Made by a program: the position numbers and the translations under genes
From: Gnetum montanum
Lineage: Eukaryota > Plantae > Gnetophyta
DNA length: 64,000 bases
Assembly (NCBI GenBank): GCA_015680685.1
Contig: MNCI01000406.1
Location: 582,045 to 646,044, forward strand
Reading direction: 5' to 3'
Shown: positions 39,628 to 52,995 of the stretch, piece by piece
Numbering within the stretch: position 1 is the stretch's first letter
How the letters are laid out: each line of letters starts with the position of its first letter
Notes under the pieces: generated by a model
Told to the model about the DNA's origin: nothing
The model's input: only the letters and a program-made list of their open reading frames with translations
Databases searched by the model: none

Positions 39628-40785
39628 ATGCCTCTCCTACAAGACTATGATAATGCCACATCTAGTGAGGCAATTCATTGGAGAACCAATGAATTATATG
39701 ACAATGAAGATTGGAGTATGCAATCAAAGGTAGGCATTTCTTATAAACATAAATGGAGGCAGCATCATCCCAACGCACGAAAGCATAACTTACTTGATGA
39801 TGATGAACCCTTACTAGCCACTACAAGCCTAACACAAATACAAGAGGTTGTTCGAATCTCCCGTAGTCATCATAAAGAGAGCCACCTACCCAGGCTCGCT
39901 TCAAACAACTTTCCCAATTTCTCAGGAGGCTATGAATTAGATCCGCAACAACATTTACAAGCCTTCTACAATGCCTGTGCATGGAACAACATTGATAACG
40001 ATTGGCAAAAACTCAAGCTCTTTCCTATGACACTCGTTGGCCAAGCAAAAGTATGGTATAGATCATTAAAACAAAATTCAATATGATGTTGGCCAATAAT
40101 GGTAGAACTCTTTAATGAAAGATATCGAACTTACGGAAGAGTGTTGGTCTTGAGGAAACAAATCCAAGAGTGGAAACAAGCACAACATGAACCCTTGGAC
40201 ATGGCCTTAGAAAGATATTATGCACTGTTAAAAAATTGTCTAGGCCATGAGTCCAAGGAAAGGCTAATGTACCATATCATTGATGGGCTTTGTGATGAAA
40301 CAAGAGAGACCCTAGGGATGTATGCCCAAGCTCAACTATACAAACTATGAACCCATCAATTCCAAGAGCTTATTAAGCAGGCAGCAAAAGAAGAAGGAGA
40401 AATGGCTAGATGGGAGAGTGTTGAAAAACATCAATGGGACAAAAATCTCAACTTAACAGAGGTCCATAATCACAAAAAGGAGAAATCAACCGATCTCAAG
40501 GAGGAAGAACCATCTTTTCCAGTACAACAATCATTAGAAGAAATTGAGGCAAAGATCAATAAGATGCTAGAATGGATGCATAAAAAGTGTGGGGAATATA
40601 TCAATATTATTGGAGATAGGGTTTTGACAACCCAAGAAGCAAGAAAAAATATCATTAGACAATCAGAAAGAAGGGATGAGAAAAATAAGAGCTCAACTGC
40701 CAATCATACGTATGAATGCAACATTTTCCTATACAATCACTCCAAGGGCCAATGCCCAATCTTGTTACATTTATATGAGCACTGA
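39628..40785 (+). pseudogene. gag of element D
   Basis: Three ORF-track pieces in one frame separated by TGA stops. FPNFSGG..DPQQHLQAF..LKLFPMTLVGQAKVWY (Retrotrans_gag); degenerate knuckle CNIFLYNHSKGQCP. Confidence 0.9.
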
Positions 40786-43505
40786 GGAAGCACGTTACAC
40801 CCAGAGTTCATACAAAGATACTGTGTTCGATCATAGTGGCAACAATCCCAGTCATGGGGGAAGCCATCCCTAAACTGGGGACACCCTTCGTATCATCCAA
40901 ATCTAAATGGTTATCTAGTTCAACATCCTGTTTCCCCGACTGGGTCAACATACTCTATCTCGCTGCATTATTATTCTCCTCAGTACTATCATCCCATGTC
41001 CTCAACACAACCACCGCCTTGTGTACCTTACACTTCTCCTAAATTTCAACATTCTCATCCTTTCCCTCCTTCTACATCACCATTAACTATTCCTGAAGTA
41101 TCTGCATCACAGCAGTAACCCACAAATGTTACTTATGTTGCTATTACCAATAGCAATGAGATATCTCCTCAACATCAAAGGCATTCCTTCTTTAGACATG
41201 ACCGTAGGAAGGGACAACACAGTTCCAAGGCCATTACATTCTCCAACTCAACACAAGTCCAACACTGTGGTGCATCCTTCTCCTCGAACCCAACACCTCG
41301 TGTCACTTCATCGGGGCCACTAGTTAACACTCCAACAACCATACAACGCAATGAATACAGCCACAGAGGACGACATCCTGATCCGTGCATACCATCTTAT
41401 GATCTCAAGTATCATAGTGGGTCAACTCTTTACCTGGGAACCACATCTTATAAATTGCCCTACTATGTTTACTATAATCAGGTGTGTGGACCCCAATGGG
41501 GTAAGTATGACCAAGTTTCGATATTTCCAACATGCAAGGATCCTCATCTTTCATTTATTAATCCTTACCATGCTCAACTGTGTAGTTATGGGGGATATCC
41601 CCCATTCTAATAACAAGCAGGATTAATAAATATTTTTATTTTCTTTAATTTTATAATTTTTTGTTTGCCAGTTTTTCAATTTTTTTTTTGTTACCTTTTT
41701 GTCTTTTTGTTTTTTTATCTTTTTATAAGTAATTTCATCTACTAATAAAACACTCATGTGGCTCATTGGTTGAGGTGTGTTCTATGATATTGAGTCTCAA
41801 GTAATTAATTATTTGGATAGTGAGCCCATTACACCCACTCATCCATTCTACAAATAAGAGGTTCTATTCAAGGGTACAGTGATATTCTTGACATTCTTAA
41901 AACTTAAAATTAATTTTGTATTCATTTTATCTAGAATGAAGAAGGATGGACCAAGAGGGAATGATTAGGATGTGACATCAAGGGGACTTGTGGATTCTCT
42001 TTGGTGATGTTTGTGAGAGTTATCACGCAATGTGGTTGTACTAAGATCCTTGTAGATCTAACGCAAAATGGGAGTAAGAGTAATCAAAAGGCACTCAAAA
42101 ATCCAATGCTATTCTAGGGGGTCCCACTGGAAAGATATGCATCCATGCCTGAAGGTTGACAGCTTCTTTGGATTTAGTAATTGAAAAAAAAAGAAAAAAA
42201 AACAAAGAAAGTGCCACAAAGTAAAAATCGCTCCTCCCTTGAACAAAATGCCAAGTGATCATACACCTTGTTGTTATGGTACTCTCATAGTCGCTCATCA
42301 TGGGATGAAATAATGTGGTGTCACTGATCAGAGGAATGGACTTGGTCCTAATCTTGGAATGATGGGTTAATGACACATTAATCATACTTTACAAGTAGTA
42401 TTCATTGTGCCCTGGGTCAATTACCTCATGTCCCAATTTTTACAATCTCTTCTATAGTTCGTCTCATCTCGCTGTTCATGTAATTGTAGCTCGTGTCTCG
42501 TATAGCGTAGAATTCTTACCTCATTCTGATGATACTTACATGTGTGTATTTTTTGGAACTAGTGTAGATTACATTTAACCCTTCTAGTGCCTACAGACAT
42601 TTTAAGGTGTGGTTACGCAAGGGCATTAGAGGTTGGAACCTGCTTTGGGGAGGACCCACTTGCGTAAATTTTTGTAATTTGCACTCATAACACATCTTCC
42701 ACACACCATCTATTACCCTCAGCATATTTTCAATGATATTCTTTCCCTTATTACTATCCCTTCAATTAAAACGTTCCTATGAACCATCACATAGCCTTTT
42801 TCTCCCCTTTACCATCTGAGGTCCTTATTAATAAATTCCACACCATCATAATTTTCGTGCCTTTAGAACTAGTTGAATTACCCTGGAACCCTTTAACACT
42901 CATCCAGATGTCCTTAGTTTACATTGTTTAATTTCAAAAAAATATAAGAAAATTTGGTACATTCTATAAAGTTCCCTAACATCGTCGATGCGATATCGCA
43001 TCCCAAAAATATATATACACGCGACCCCTCCCCCCCCCCCCCCCCCCCNCATTTGCGACTGTTAATGTGGGGGAAGTTTTTCAAATTTCTCTCTATGACT
43101 CATGATTGTGTGCCCCTTGCTTTCATATTCATAGCTCGCTCGCTGGTCCTCTGTTTGAACCTACTTTAACCCAAAGTGTTTAGCTTAGTCGTGAGGGAGG
43201 GGCACATGCTAAATAGCACATAAATTTTTTGAAATTCATCATCGCTCGAAGGACATTATTAAGGGTAATTAATTATAAAATTAAGGATAAATGCATCAAA
43301 AACAATTTCATCTCCTTAGTTATATCAAAAAACTAGATTTGGAAACCACCTAAGCAAAGAGGATTCAATATTATAATCTTTCGGGGACATTTTCTCCTAA
43401 TAAGTAATGTCACACAGAGATAAAGAAAATTCATTAAGGCAAGAAGTAAGGTATAACCTAACTTTGGTAATAACCTTACTAACAATTGGCCCCGTGTGAT
43501 TGCAG

Positions 43506-46210
43506 ATGGCCCTGGAAGACCCTGCCAAGGAAGGTCCTAATCAAGGTGGGATCAAGAGACCTAGGAGAGGTGAAGGACAAGTTCCTGATAAAAAACATGC
43601 AGAGTAGGGGGAACAATCATTTAGTATCCACCAAGAAGACCCTGCCACTGTACAATCAAGGTAGGCAGAACGAGGAGCTGCTGCAGCGTCTGAACAGGGA
43701 CGACATCTCACATTGCCCTAGGATTGTGTTCAGGCCATCAATGAAAGGTCCATATTTACTGCAATGCCTCAAAGGGTCCCCATTATGGCCTACCCTCTCT
43801 AAAAGTGGTGTCTGGTACTTAGGGGAAATGTACCAATTTTGACACAACAAAGAACAAGAAACCATGGCTAACATTTGTGGTGTGACTATTGATTTCTCTG
43901 TTCAAGCCATTTCAAAAGTATTAAACCTTTCAAATATAGGGCCAACGGTTGCTTAGTTGTCTACCCAATCAAACCCTGATGCGTGATGAGTTTGGTTAGA
44001 CAGTGCATACAACAAAGAAGATAAGACCTTTGGGGAGTTGACGATGGAAGAGAGGATTTATTTCAAAATAGGGACTTATCACATCTTCCCCACAAAAAGT
44101 TTAAAAAGAATTTCAACATATGTGGCAAGAGGATGTGTAGTGTTGATGGGAAAGGTTAATGCTAACCTACCTCATCTATATTTTATGGAGATCCTGAGGT
44201 GGTTTGAAGAATGGAAGACATGGAAGTTTATGTTAACCTTCCCTTGCCTTATCAGGAAGTTGTGCAAATGTGCTGGTATCAGAGGATACACCAACGGTGT
44301 CCTCCAAAAAGCCCAAAATGCTTCGAATGTTGAACTGCTAAAGCCATCAGCTGTAAGGAAAATCACTGGTGAGATGTTGGGTCCAAAACAAGAAAAAGAA
44401 CAGCAGGCAAGGCCAACTGCAACTCAACTTGCAGGACCTATCCAACTTCCAAGCATGGGACCCAGCCAACAAAAAAGAAGTAGGGCCTAGCACAGGCCAA
44501 CAAGATTAACCACCGCCATCGCTGTAAGATTACAGACCATCGATGAGCTATCTCACGGCCATCACTAAGATGATGAATTGGGAAAGTCGTGATGATGCAA
44601 ATCTCTTTCGTGTCATTGACGATGTTGTACAAGCTACAATTTCTATAGATCATGCATGGGGTGAAGTGTCCATTCAGATAGGAGGAGGAGAGAGTGCTTG
44701 GTCACAACAGATTTCAGGGAACGCTATGTCCTTTCAGGTGCAGTTAGAAACTGGTGAAGGAGCCATGGTGGTGGTCATGCAGCACCAGGATGTAGTAGGA
44801 GCCACAGAAGTGGTCACAAACCACATTAAAGAATCATTCAATGTGCTTGTTATGCCATCGATAGATCTTACAGGAACATGAGGATGTACTTGAATGATTG
44901 CTACAAATAGGACAGGTAATTATGTCCTTGTTTGACATTCCATAAGATGTTATAGCAATACAATCAGACCTCATTTCCACCAAAGGAAAGCTGGTCTTGA
45001 TGGAGATGAGGGTCAAGCATGCTAAAGCAGAAGTGCAAAGATTGCAAGAAAGGCTTGTGACCCTGCAAGCAGCACAGCGAGATCCTTCTCAATTCATTCC
45101 CACAAACTAACTGGACACTTTCAAACTGAGAAACTTACTAAATTGTTAACAAAGAATAAAAGGGTGGTTGAAGAAAAAGATAAGGTTGTTTGGGATGCCT
45201 CTGCGGCACAAGTGCAAACTTACGCGCATACCAAGGCACTCAAAGCCTTACAAGAGGAGAACAAACAACTTGTTGTTGACAACCTTTGATTGACCTTTGT
45301 GGAGAAACAAAAGAATTTTCTTGAAGAACATTTTCAACAGTTGTGAGAACAACTAATTAGGATCAACCAGGACATGAAACGTTTAGCTAGAAAAAATTGA
45401 ACCCTCTTAATGGAGGAGGTATGCACCATCCGTTAGAAGATGGAAATTGAAATAAGCGTGTTGCAGAATGAGGCTAAATGGCATGAGAAACTAAAAGAGC
45501 ATTTCCTAGATGAGGTGGGGATGTATAAAAAAATCATCGAGAAGGAGATGCATATGGCCAAGGCCCACATCAATGCTCTTAGTGCTCAACACACTGACTG
45601 GTGGGCCATATTGGACACATACGCATTTGCCCACCAGGCGGACGTTAAGAACTGGGACCTAAAGATCCAAGACCTTACAAAGTACATGGACTTGGCAAAC
45701 TTGCAGTATGCCAACCTTGCCATGTTAACAACAGGGTGCCCGAGAATAGATCTTGAGTAATAGGTAGCCACCACCTACATCAAATATGAAACAGAATTTG
45801 CAGAACACAAGAAAACATTACAAAAACTAGAGGTTGCAAATTCTAAACTCAAGGTGGTTAAAGAAAGCTACTAGGGGTAGAAAGGTGTCACAACAAACTT
45901 GGCTCAATGGCTCACAGATTTTCAAGAATACAGAGACAAAGCCAGAGCTTACGAGGAGGAATGACAGGTGTTTGCAGCTTGGTATGTCAAATAAAATAAA
46001 ATGTTTCCATAACTACCATGCCCATGGAAGGTGCTGACTCTATCAAACATTGGAACATTAGCATGGACAGCATAGGATCCCTAAACTGAAGAGGAGAAAC
46101 TCCAGGCCATACTTTGATGCCATCAAATCCCAAGACCTGAAGCGCAAGACAAGGGAAAGGCACCCATGGAGGTGCCACTGCCACCAGGAACTACAAGAGT
46201 TCCACCCAAT
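43506..46210 (+). pseudogene. Accessory ('env-like'/Athila ORF-type) protein with long coiled coil, element D
   Basis: ATG right after tgattgcAG; ICGVTIDFS..ISKVL; NLPHL..LTFPCLIRKLCK; heptad-rich 44900-45900. Homologous to C. Confidence 0.82.
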
Positions 46211-46390
46211 TTTGTAGTTATAGGATTTTCTTTTGCATTCTTTGTGTTGTGTCTCAATTTTATTCTGATTCCACACTACGACATGAATCCATTCTAGTCA
46301 GTCAATAATCCCATACCTATCCACTATGTAATCAATGGAGCTTGTTCTCACTTTAACTCAAGGATGAGTTTTCATTCAGTCGTGGGGGTA

Positions 46391-47252
46391 TGATGAGTCA
46401 TGAATTGTTGGCCGTGATATTGCACCCATGATATCACATACGCGATATCACAGCATAGACATGATATCGCATACACAATATCGCAGCCTATCTCCTCATC
46501 TATAAATAAGAGGCAGGAAAATTTGGTAAAAGGGAGTAGTTTTTAATATTACGGGAGAGTAGTTTTAAATATTAAGGTAGGTACTTTTTGTCAGTTTTTC
46601 CTCTCAACCCTTTCTCCCAGTGCATGCTTGTAGTGTGATGATTGTAATTGTACGACATCCTTATCTGAGTGTGACGTACTTGGACACACACATGACTGGC
46701 AATAAAGATCGAGATTACCTCATTATTGTAGCATCCACTTAGCTTAATTATTTAATTATTGTTATTATTTATTACTTCCTTAGTTAATATCTCTCTACCC
46801 TTATCTCCTAGTAATGTGGAATGAGTACGACTTAATCACGAGCATTTAAGTGTGACTACTTGGTAACCCAGTAGCTTACCTAGGCCATGCACTTGGTAAT
46901 CCCAATGGTAGTCATGCACGAGGTCCAAGATGTGTACAAATGATTAAGGAATGAACGCTCATCGCACTTAGGCTAGTTTAGATTCTCTCTCACACTCTCT
47001 CTCATAGTTTAGTTGATATTATTTCCCATCATCCCCAGGAGTAGCATTAGTGTAGGAACACATCATACAGCTCACTCTGGACTAAACCATACGTGACAAA
47101 GCTAATACTAGTCTAGGTGGGAAGACAGTGAACTACGATCTTCGAGTAACCGTCTGGATACCACAACTAGTCCGTCTGCAGAGTTCGACCAAATCGTGCG
47201 TGAAACACTCATATTCGTATGGTTGAGTGTAGGGGTACCTTGCCACTCATTA
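46391..47252 (+). repeat. 3' LTR of element D (862 bp)
   Basis: TGATGAG ... CCACTCATTA; TATA at 46501; homologous to the LTR of A. Confidence 0.92.
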
Positions 47253-49466
47253 GTTAGGAAGGTTTAAAGTAGAATTAGATGGTCTTGGATGATAGATGAT
47301 GCATATAGTTTTAAAAATTTGGTACAAATAGTGTGTGAAGAAGGAATCTTGGGCTATTAAAGTTCATAAGATGGCTACGAAGGGTAATGAACCCATGTCA
47401 TTAGAACAAATAGTTTGAATGATATGGGAAGTCTTTATTATTGTAGAAAGGCTCAAAATGACGTGGAATTGCTTGGCAGGTATAAGATACAATAGTTATA
47501 CAAGTGGGTCCTTCCCAAAGTAGGCTTTAGCCTTTAATTTCCTTGTATAACCACACCTAAAAGTGTCATTAGGCACTTAAAGAGTTGAGTGTAATGCATA
47601 CCTATTTAGCAAAACACACATGTTAGTACCACCGACTTGGGAAAATTTCACTATGTTATACAAAATGACAAGTTATGACTATCCTTACAATGAGATGAGA
47701 TGGACTATGGAAGGAATTGCTGAAATCGATACACGAGGTGTCTTAGCATAGGCATAATGAATTCTTGTGTTTTATTAGTGGTTAAAGTAATCATTAGTCT
47801 TTCTGTCCAAGATTCAAACTAAGTCTAGACCACATTCTAGTGACATCATATCATTTCATATCTTGGAATTACAATTATAAGACTACCACAATTGCAAGGA
47901 GTATTGTCACTTGGCCTATTATCAAAGGAAGAAGTTTATTCATGGCACTTTTTTTATTTTTTAGATTTCTGAGAACCTACCTACCTTCAAACATGGGTAA
48001 CATGTCTTTCTAATGGGACCCCTAAAAATTTATTCCATGCTCTTTTATTTTTTTTCTGTGTCAACCTTTTAAGGCAGCACTTATTTTACTCTTACTCCCA
48101 TTTTTTGTTAGATCTACAAGGATATAATACAACTTTCACAACATGATAGAACTCACAATAGTAATCCAAGAAAATCCATAAATTTCCTTGACATCATGCC
48201 TTCTACATTCCGAGTTGGTTCTTCACTTTTTGATCTAAGCATAATGATCATAGGTTTATTCTTAGTTGTATGATGGAAAAGAATATCATTATGGCCATGG
48301 TAAGAGCCTCTTATTAATGGAATGGATGGTGTGAGCTCACATTTGAATAATTAGTTCATTATGACTTGATATCATAGAGAAATCTTCACATTATTGGACT
48401 ACATCTTCTCTTTATTCTTAATGTGTCTTATTAGCAATCAAAAATTATGTACAAAGAAAACAAAGTATGAAAAAGATAGTATGAAAAAGGTGTAAAGAAC
48501 GAGAAATATCAAACAATGAAAAATGTTAAAGAATTAAAAAATGTTAAAGAATACTAAAAATTTAAGAAATGAAAAATGTGAAAGAATATGAAGATGTCAA
48601 AGAATGTGAAAGATATAAAAGAATGGGAAAAATTTTATCAAGAAATAAGAAAAGTAAAAGGAATTGTAAAACAAAAAATGAAAAGGCACTTATTAATTCC
48701 AGAATCAAGATATAGTGTCTCCCCCACAACTGAACTCATGGATGAGTGTTTGGAAAATGCCCCCTAAGTCTCCTAGATCATACATTCTAGGTGGTTCACT
48801 CACCATCTTTATTAATCTAAATTTTCTATTATTATCCCATGTGATCTTGATGGTAGTTGAGGTTTGATTATCTAAGTCCTTAGTTTCTTTTCCTATGGAT
48901 GTATGATTATGATTTCTTACTTTCATTTTTGGGTCCTTTGTTGGAGTCATTTTTCTAGAGTGGGGATTAATAAATGAGTTAGATTGTTCCACGCATATTT
49001 TGGATGACTGAAGGTTCTCAATTATTGGCCATAGGGTATCTTTTGATTTAGTGGCCTTTACTTTTTCTTTTGCACACACTTTCTTTTCACTATTGTTGTG
49101 GACTAGTATGATAATTATGTTGACATTTTGAATGATCGATCCATGACTGCATCCTTTTCTTTTAGTAGTAATGCATGGGATTTGCTGCATGTGTATGGCT
49201 GCATGCTTATCCTCCTTAGAGATCTCAATAAATAGACTGTAGCGGTCAAAAACATCGGTGGTTGGAACAGTCATGCCAAGGGGTCCACAATCATGGTATA
49301 GCCCTAACCTCGCCTCATCTGAAGGGCCATTGTTGGAGGGAAAAATGGAGGCAGAGCACTTGGGATAGTCTTGTCAATTGAAGTAGGACTTATGGAGTGT
49401 TTCAATGAACAAGTGCTAGGAGTTCACATGATGTCTTTGGTGGTACTAGGGCCTACTAAGCTTGAG
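47253..49466 (-). mobile_element. Athila-like element E fragment (D-like 3' non-coding region and end of first ORF)
   Basis: 47500-48400 is the reverse-complement homologue of D 41750-42700 (e.g. ttactcccattttt..ttagatctacaaggat). ORF 48705-49274 ends FSCGGDTIS, like the ORF tails of B and D. Confidence 0.82.
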
Positions 49467-50980
49467 TGTAGTACGGTTTCCCAGTACAAAAATGATGGTG
49501 CAAGCATAAAAATACATGCAAAATACAAAAAAATGCAAGTGCGATACTAAATGCTAAGGAAAATGCTTGAAAATGTAAAGGAGTTTGAAAGAGGAAGAAT
49601 GGAACCACCCCAAATGCGAGGAGTGTAGCAATTGCAAAGGAGAGGTAAGGAGGTACGTGGTGTACAAACAAGCATAGTAGGTAGCATAGTCACAATCTCT
49701 GGGGTGTCCAGGCTATGGAAACTAACATCTGTCATGAATTCTATGCCTATTGGGTTAGCTACCATGGTATCCTATGGGCTGTGGTGTGCTGCAATCCTAG
49801 GTAGTGTGCAAAGGTGTTGCCAAGGTGTAGAGTGTTCTAGGGATGTGAGGTGCTCCAAATGCCTCAAATGCCAAAATTATGCTTAGATTTTCTCAAGCAA
49901 GTGTTTCAAAATGCCAATCACTGAATGAAATTGCCAACCCCTAAAACATGAAACGCAAGGGTATTTATAGGCCTATGGTTGACGTGAAATGAAAATTGGA
50001 TGCCATGTGGCAGAAGGAATAGTTGATGCTATGCTAACCCCACTACACTCCCACTAGAGCAATTGGTGTTATGCTCTTGTGTGCTCTAATGGATTCCAAG
50101 AGATTGCTGGACCATGACTACGCTACTAAGACTAGATGTGCCAAAGTCAAAAAGACAACAATGTACCTTAAATAGTGCAATTTGAAGGCTACGCTCTCCC
50201 CTCTTTCGAGTGGGGTTGAGTGTAAGTACAATCTTGGGACATAGGGGGTGCAAAAGAAAATGCAAATTGCTGATCTTGCTTGCTAGAGGAGTATCGGGGC
50301 TAAGATGGAGGCTAGTAATATGATCTAGAAGCTTTTGGAGGCTATCTTGCATTGTTATGCTAGCTACACTCTAGAGCATAGCCCAATAGTTAGGTAAATT
50401 CTACAAAAATTGAAGTCTAGTGCTAGCTACACTCTAGAGCATAGTAGGGGAAAGTGAGAGTGTAGCACTAACACTTAGAAAAAATTGACAAAACTTACAG
50501 TCCTCATCTAGGTTACACTAGCTACACTTTGGAATGTAGTAGGAGGGATAGCCTCAAGAACTAGAAAATCTACCAAAATGTTTCTTCCATGTTGAACAAG
50601 CTTGACAACTCCTGGCTTAACACATACACAAACTGGCCATCGAAGTGCATGCTACACTAACTATGCTTTAGAGTGTAGCAGGGAGAATGGGAACATAGCA
50701 CAACACTTAGAGAAATTTTGCAACTATTGTTGACACTTAGAAAATTTTCCAAATCTAGCTTTGTGCTGCATGCCACATTGACTACGCTTTGGGACGTAGT
50801 CCCAGCAATGGAAGCATGGGCCAAACACTTGGAAAAAAATTTGCCTCATGTTAACACTTAGATAGAGCATAGTCCTAGCAATGGAAGCATGGACCAAACA
50901 CTTAGAAAAAATTTACCTCATGTTGATACTTAGACAAATTTGTTGTTGAGGTGTTGTTGCTCGAATTTGGTGGTGTTACA
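49467..50980 (-). repeat. 3' LTR of element F (~1.5 kb)
   Basis: Minus strand starts TGTAACAC after PPT aaagagaggccaa and hairpin ctttgttgat..atcaacaaag; ends GTACTACA. Internal gctacactctagagcatag repeats. Confidence 0.78.
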
Positions 50981-52611
50981 TTGGCCTCTCTTTGTTGATA
51001 TCTAGAGGAGTGGCCTGAGAGACATCAACAAAGAACCCAAAACATCATAGCAAGCACAATGCCAACATTTCTTGTCAGTACCTAATCAGAGGATGCTTTG
51101 CCAGGTTCAAGAGTGCTAAAGGTAATGGTATGCTAAAGGTAATGGATGTAGGGAATTTGCTTGGGATAACAAGGGAAGAATGAGATGCAAATAGTGTGTC
51201 ATGTTGCAAGATGCAGGGTCAACACAACTGACCATGATCATGGCACTAGGATGGCTTGTCACCAAAATGACGACCTCTTGTTGAAATGCTTATGAAAGGG
51301 CCATTACCCATAGCACTAGAATAGCTTACACCTAACATGTTGACCTCTCGTTGAAGTGCTTATGAGAAGGTCGATGCAAATTCAAGGTTGGACTGGTTGC
51401 CAAATTATAACTTTTCCAAATTCTACTTGCGGACATGTTTGGCCCCCCCTTTTCTTTTTTATTATTTCTTATTGTTTTATTTTTATTTTTTGAGATGCTA
51501 GCTACAAGATGCTTATCATCGAGTGGACTGCATGCCACTTGAAGGGCTTTGCTTAAAGGCAACCAGATCGCATCTATAGGACAAGTGTTTCCTTTGCAAG
51601 ATGAATTGTGTTACATCTGCTTAAGCTTTGACTAGCCCAAAAAGGCTCCCCATGGAATGAGTTGTGCTATGTCCATCATGGATTCTATAGTCAACTAAAA
51701 GAAGTGTGTCATGTGCATCAGAGAAGCTTGCAAGGAAGGTAGAAAAATGTAAGGTAAAGGGGTAAATGCAAGTAGGCTATAGCAGGGTAATAGGGATGTG
51801 CACTCTTAAGTGTCTTGGTGAGTCCAACCAGGCACATTGGAGCAATGTGGTGACTTGCTGCTATGATGAAATGCATCTTTGAATGACTGCCTCCATGGCT
51901 TTGTCCTACAAACACAACGTAGAGAAAACAATAGAACAACAACACATGAGAGATAAGAGCAAATTCCTGGTTGTGAGGGTGCTACAAGTGCTGCGAGTGC
52001 TGGACTAGTTACAAGAGCTTGTAGTGCCAAAGTAGGAAGGCCAGTGCAGGTGCCAAAGCTAAAAGGTTGCAAAAGCTCTAGTAGCCATACTAGAGGTGAG
52101 CACCCGAAGGAGGCCAGCAAGGTGACTGAAGATAATGGTGACGTAAGTGCTTAAGAGTCCACACCAAGGATACAATCTTGGAAATCTAGCAAGATAACAA
52201 AGAGCTAAGATGCTAAATGTGCTTCCAAGCCTGGGAAATGGTGAGGTCTAGAGTATGATAGTTAGATGGCTAAGCCACAGTACTACTAGTACTCCAATGG
52301 GCAATATTGATGGTGAGAGCTCCAACCAATAATGAAATACCCAAGGCCAGTATTGCTATCAGCATGGCCTAAAGATGGTACTATTAGCGATGGTGGCAGT
52401 AGCTTCAGAAGATTATCAAAATTGTTAATGGCATCTTTGGAGGATCAACAAAATGCCAAGGATGGTGACACTACAAATGTTCCAGAGACCTCTTTCTTAA
52501 TGATGTGAACTCCATTCTAGAACTACAACACCCCACCTCGCCTTGGCCACAAGGTGCGGGTAGATGACAGAGGATTAGAAATATTCATGCTTACTTTTCT
52601 GAAAAACTATG

Positions 52612-52995
52612 TGTGTTGAACTATGAACCTAGTTTAAGGTCCTAGTGAACTGCATGCTATGCTAGTTTAAGGTCCTAGAAGACTGTGAACCCAATTTAAG
52701 GTCCTAGCAGACTGTGATGTGCTAGTTTAACATCGTAGTGGATGATGGATGTTGTGAAAATTTAATGTCATAATGCAAAGACGAGTTGTGCTAGTTTATA
52801 GTTATAGAAGAATATGCTATGGATGCCAGTTTTAGCATCATGAACCAAGGACGAGCTGTGCCAGTTTATAGCCATAGTGGACTTACTATGTGATTTTAAC
52901 ATCATAGTGGACGAGTGTTATCGATGTCAATTTAATGTCATAGCCCAAGGATACTCTATGCTAGTTTACTGTCATAGTAGATGCATGCTTACCTT
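52612..52995. repeat. Degenerate tandem array downstream of F integrase
   Basis: About 10 units with core (g)ctagttta..gtc(c/a)tag(t/c)gga. Confidence 0.85.

Larger units (their letters stand above)
39477..47252 (+). mobile_element. Athila-like element D, non-autonomous (gag + accessory ORF, no pol); 5' LTR reduced to ~9 bp
   Basis: cactcatca followed by the PBS; gag; no PR/RT/RH/INT core motifs; PPT gtcgtgggggta at 46379-46390; full 3' LTR. Confidence 0.9.

Noticed and set aside
42524-42570. CTGATGA suggesting a hammerhead ribozyme core
   Set aside because: No correctly placed GAAA or stems, and I did not find it conserved in the other copies.
52521-52545. Apparent PPT + TG LTR start here and at 57470-57485
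   Set aside because: Better, mutually homologous hairpin + PPT + TG boundaries with matching inverted termini lie at 50980 and 56888.
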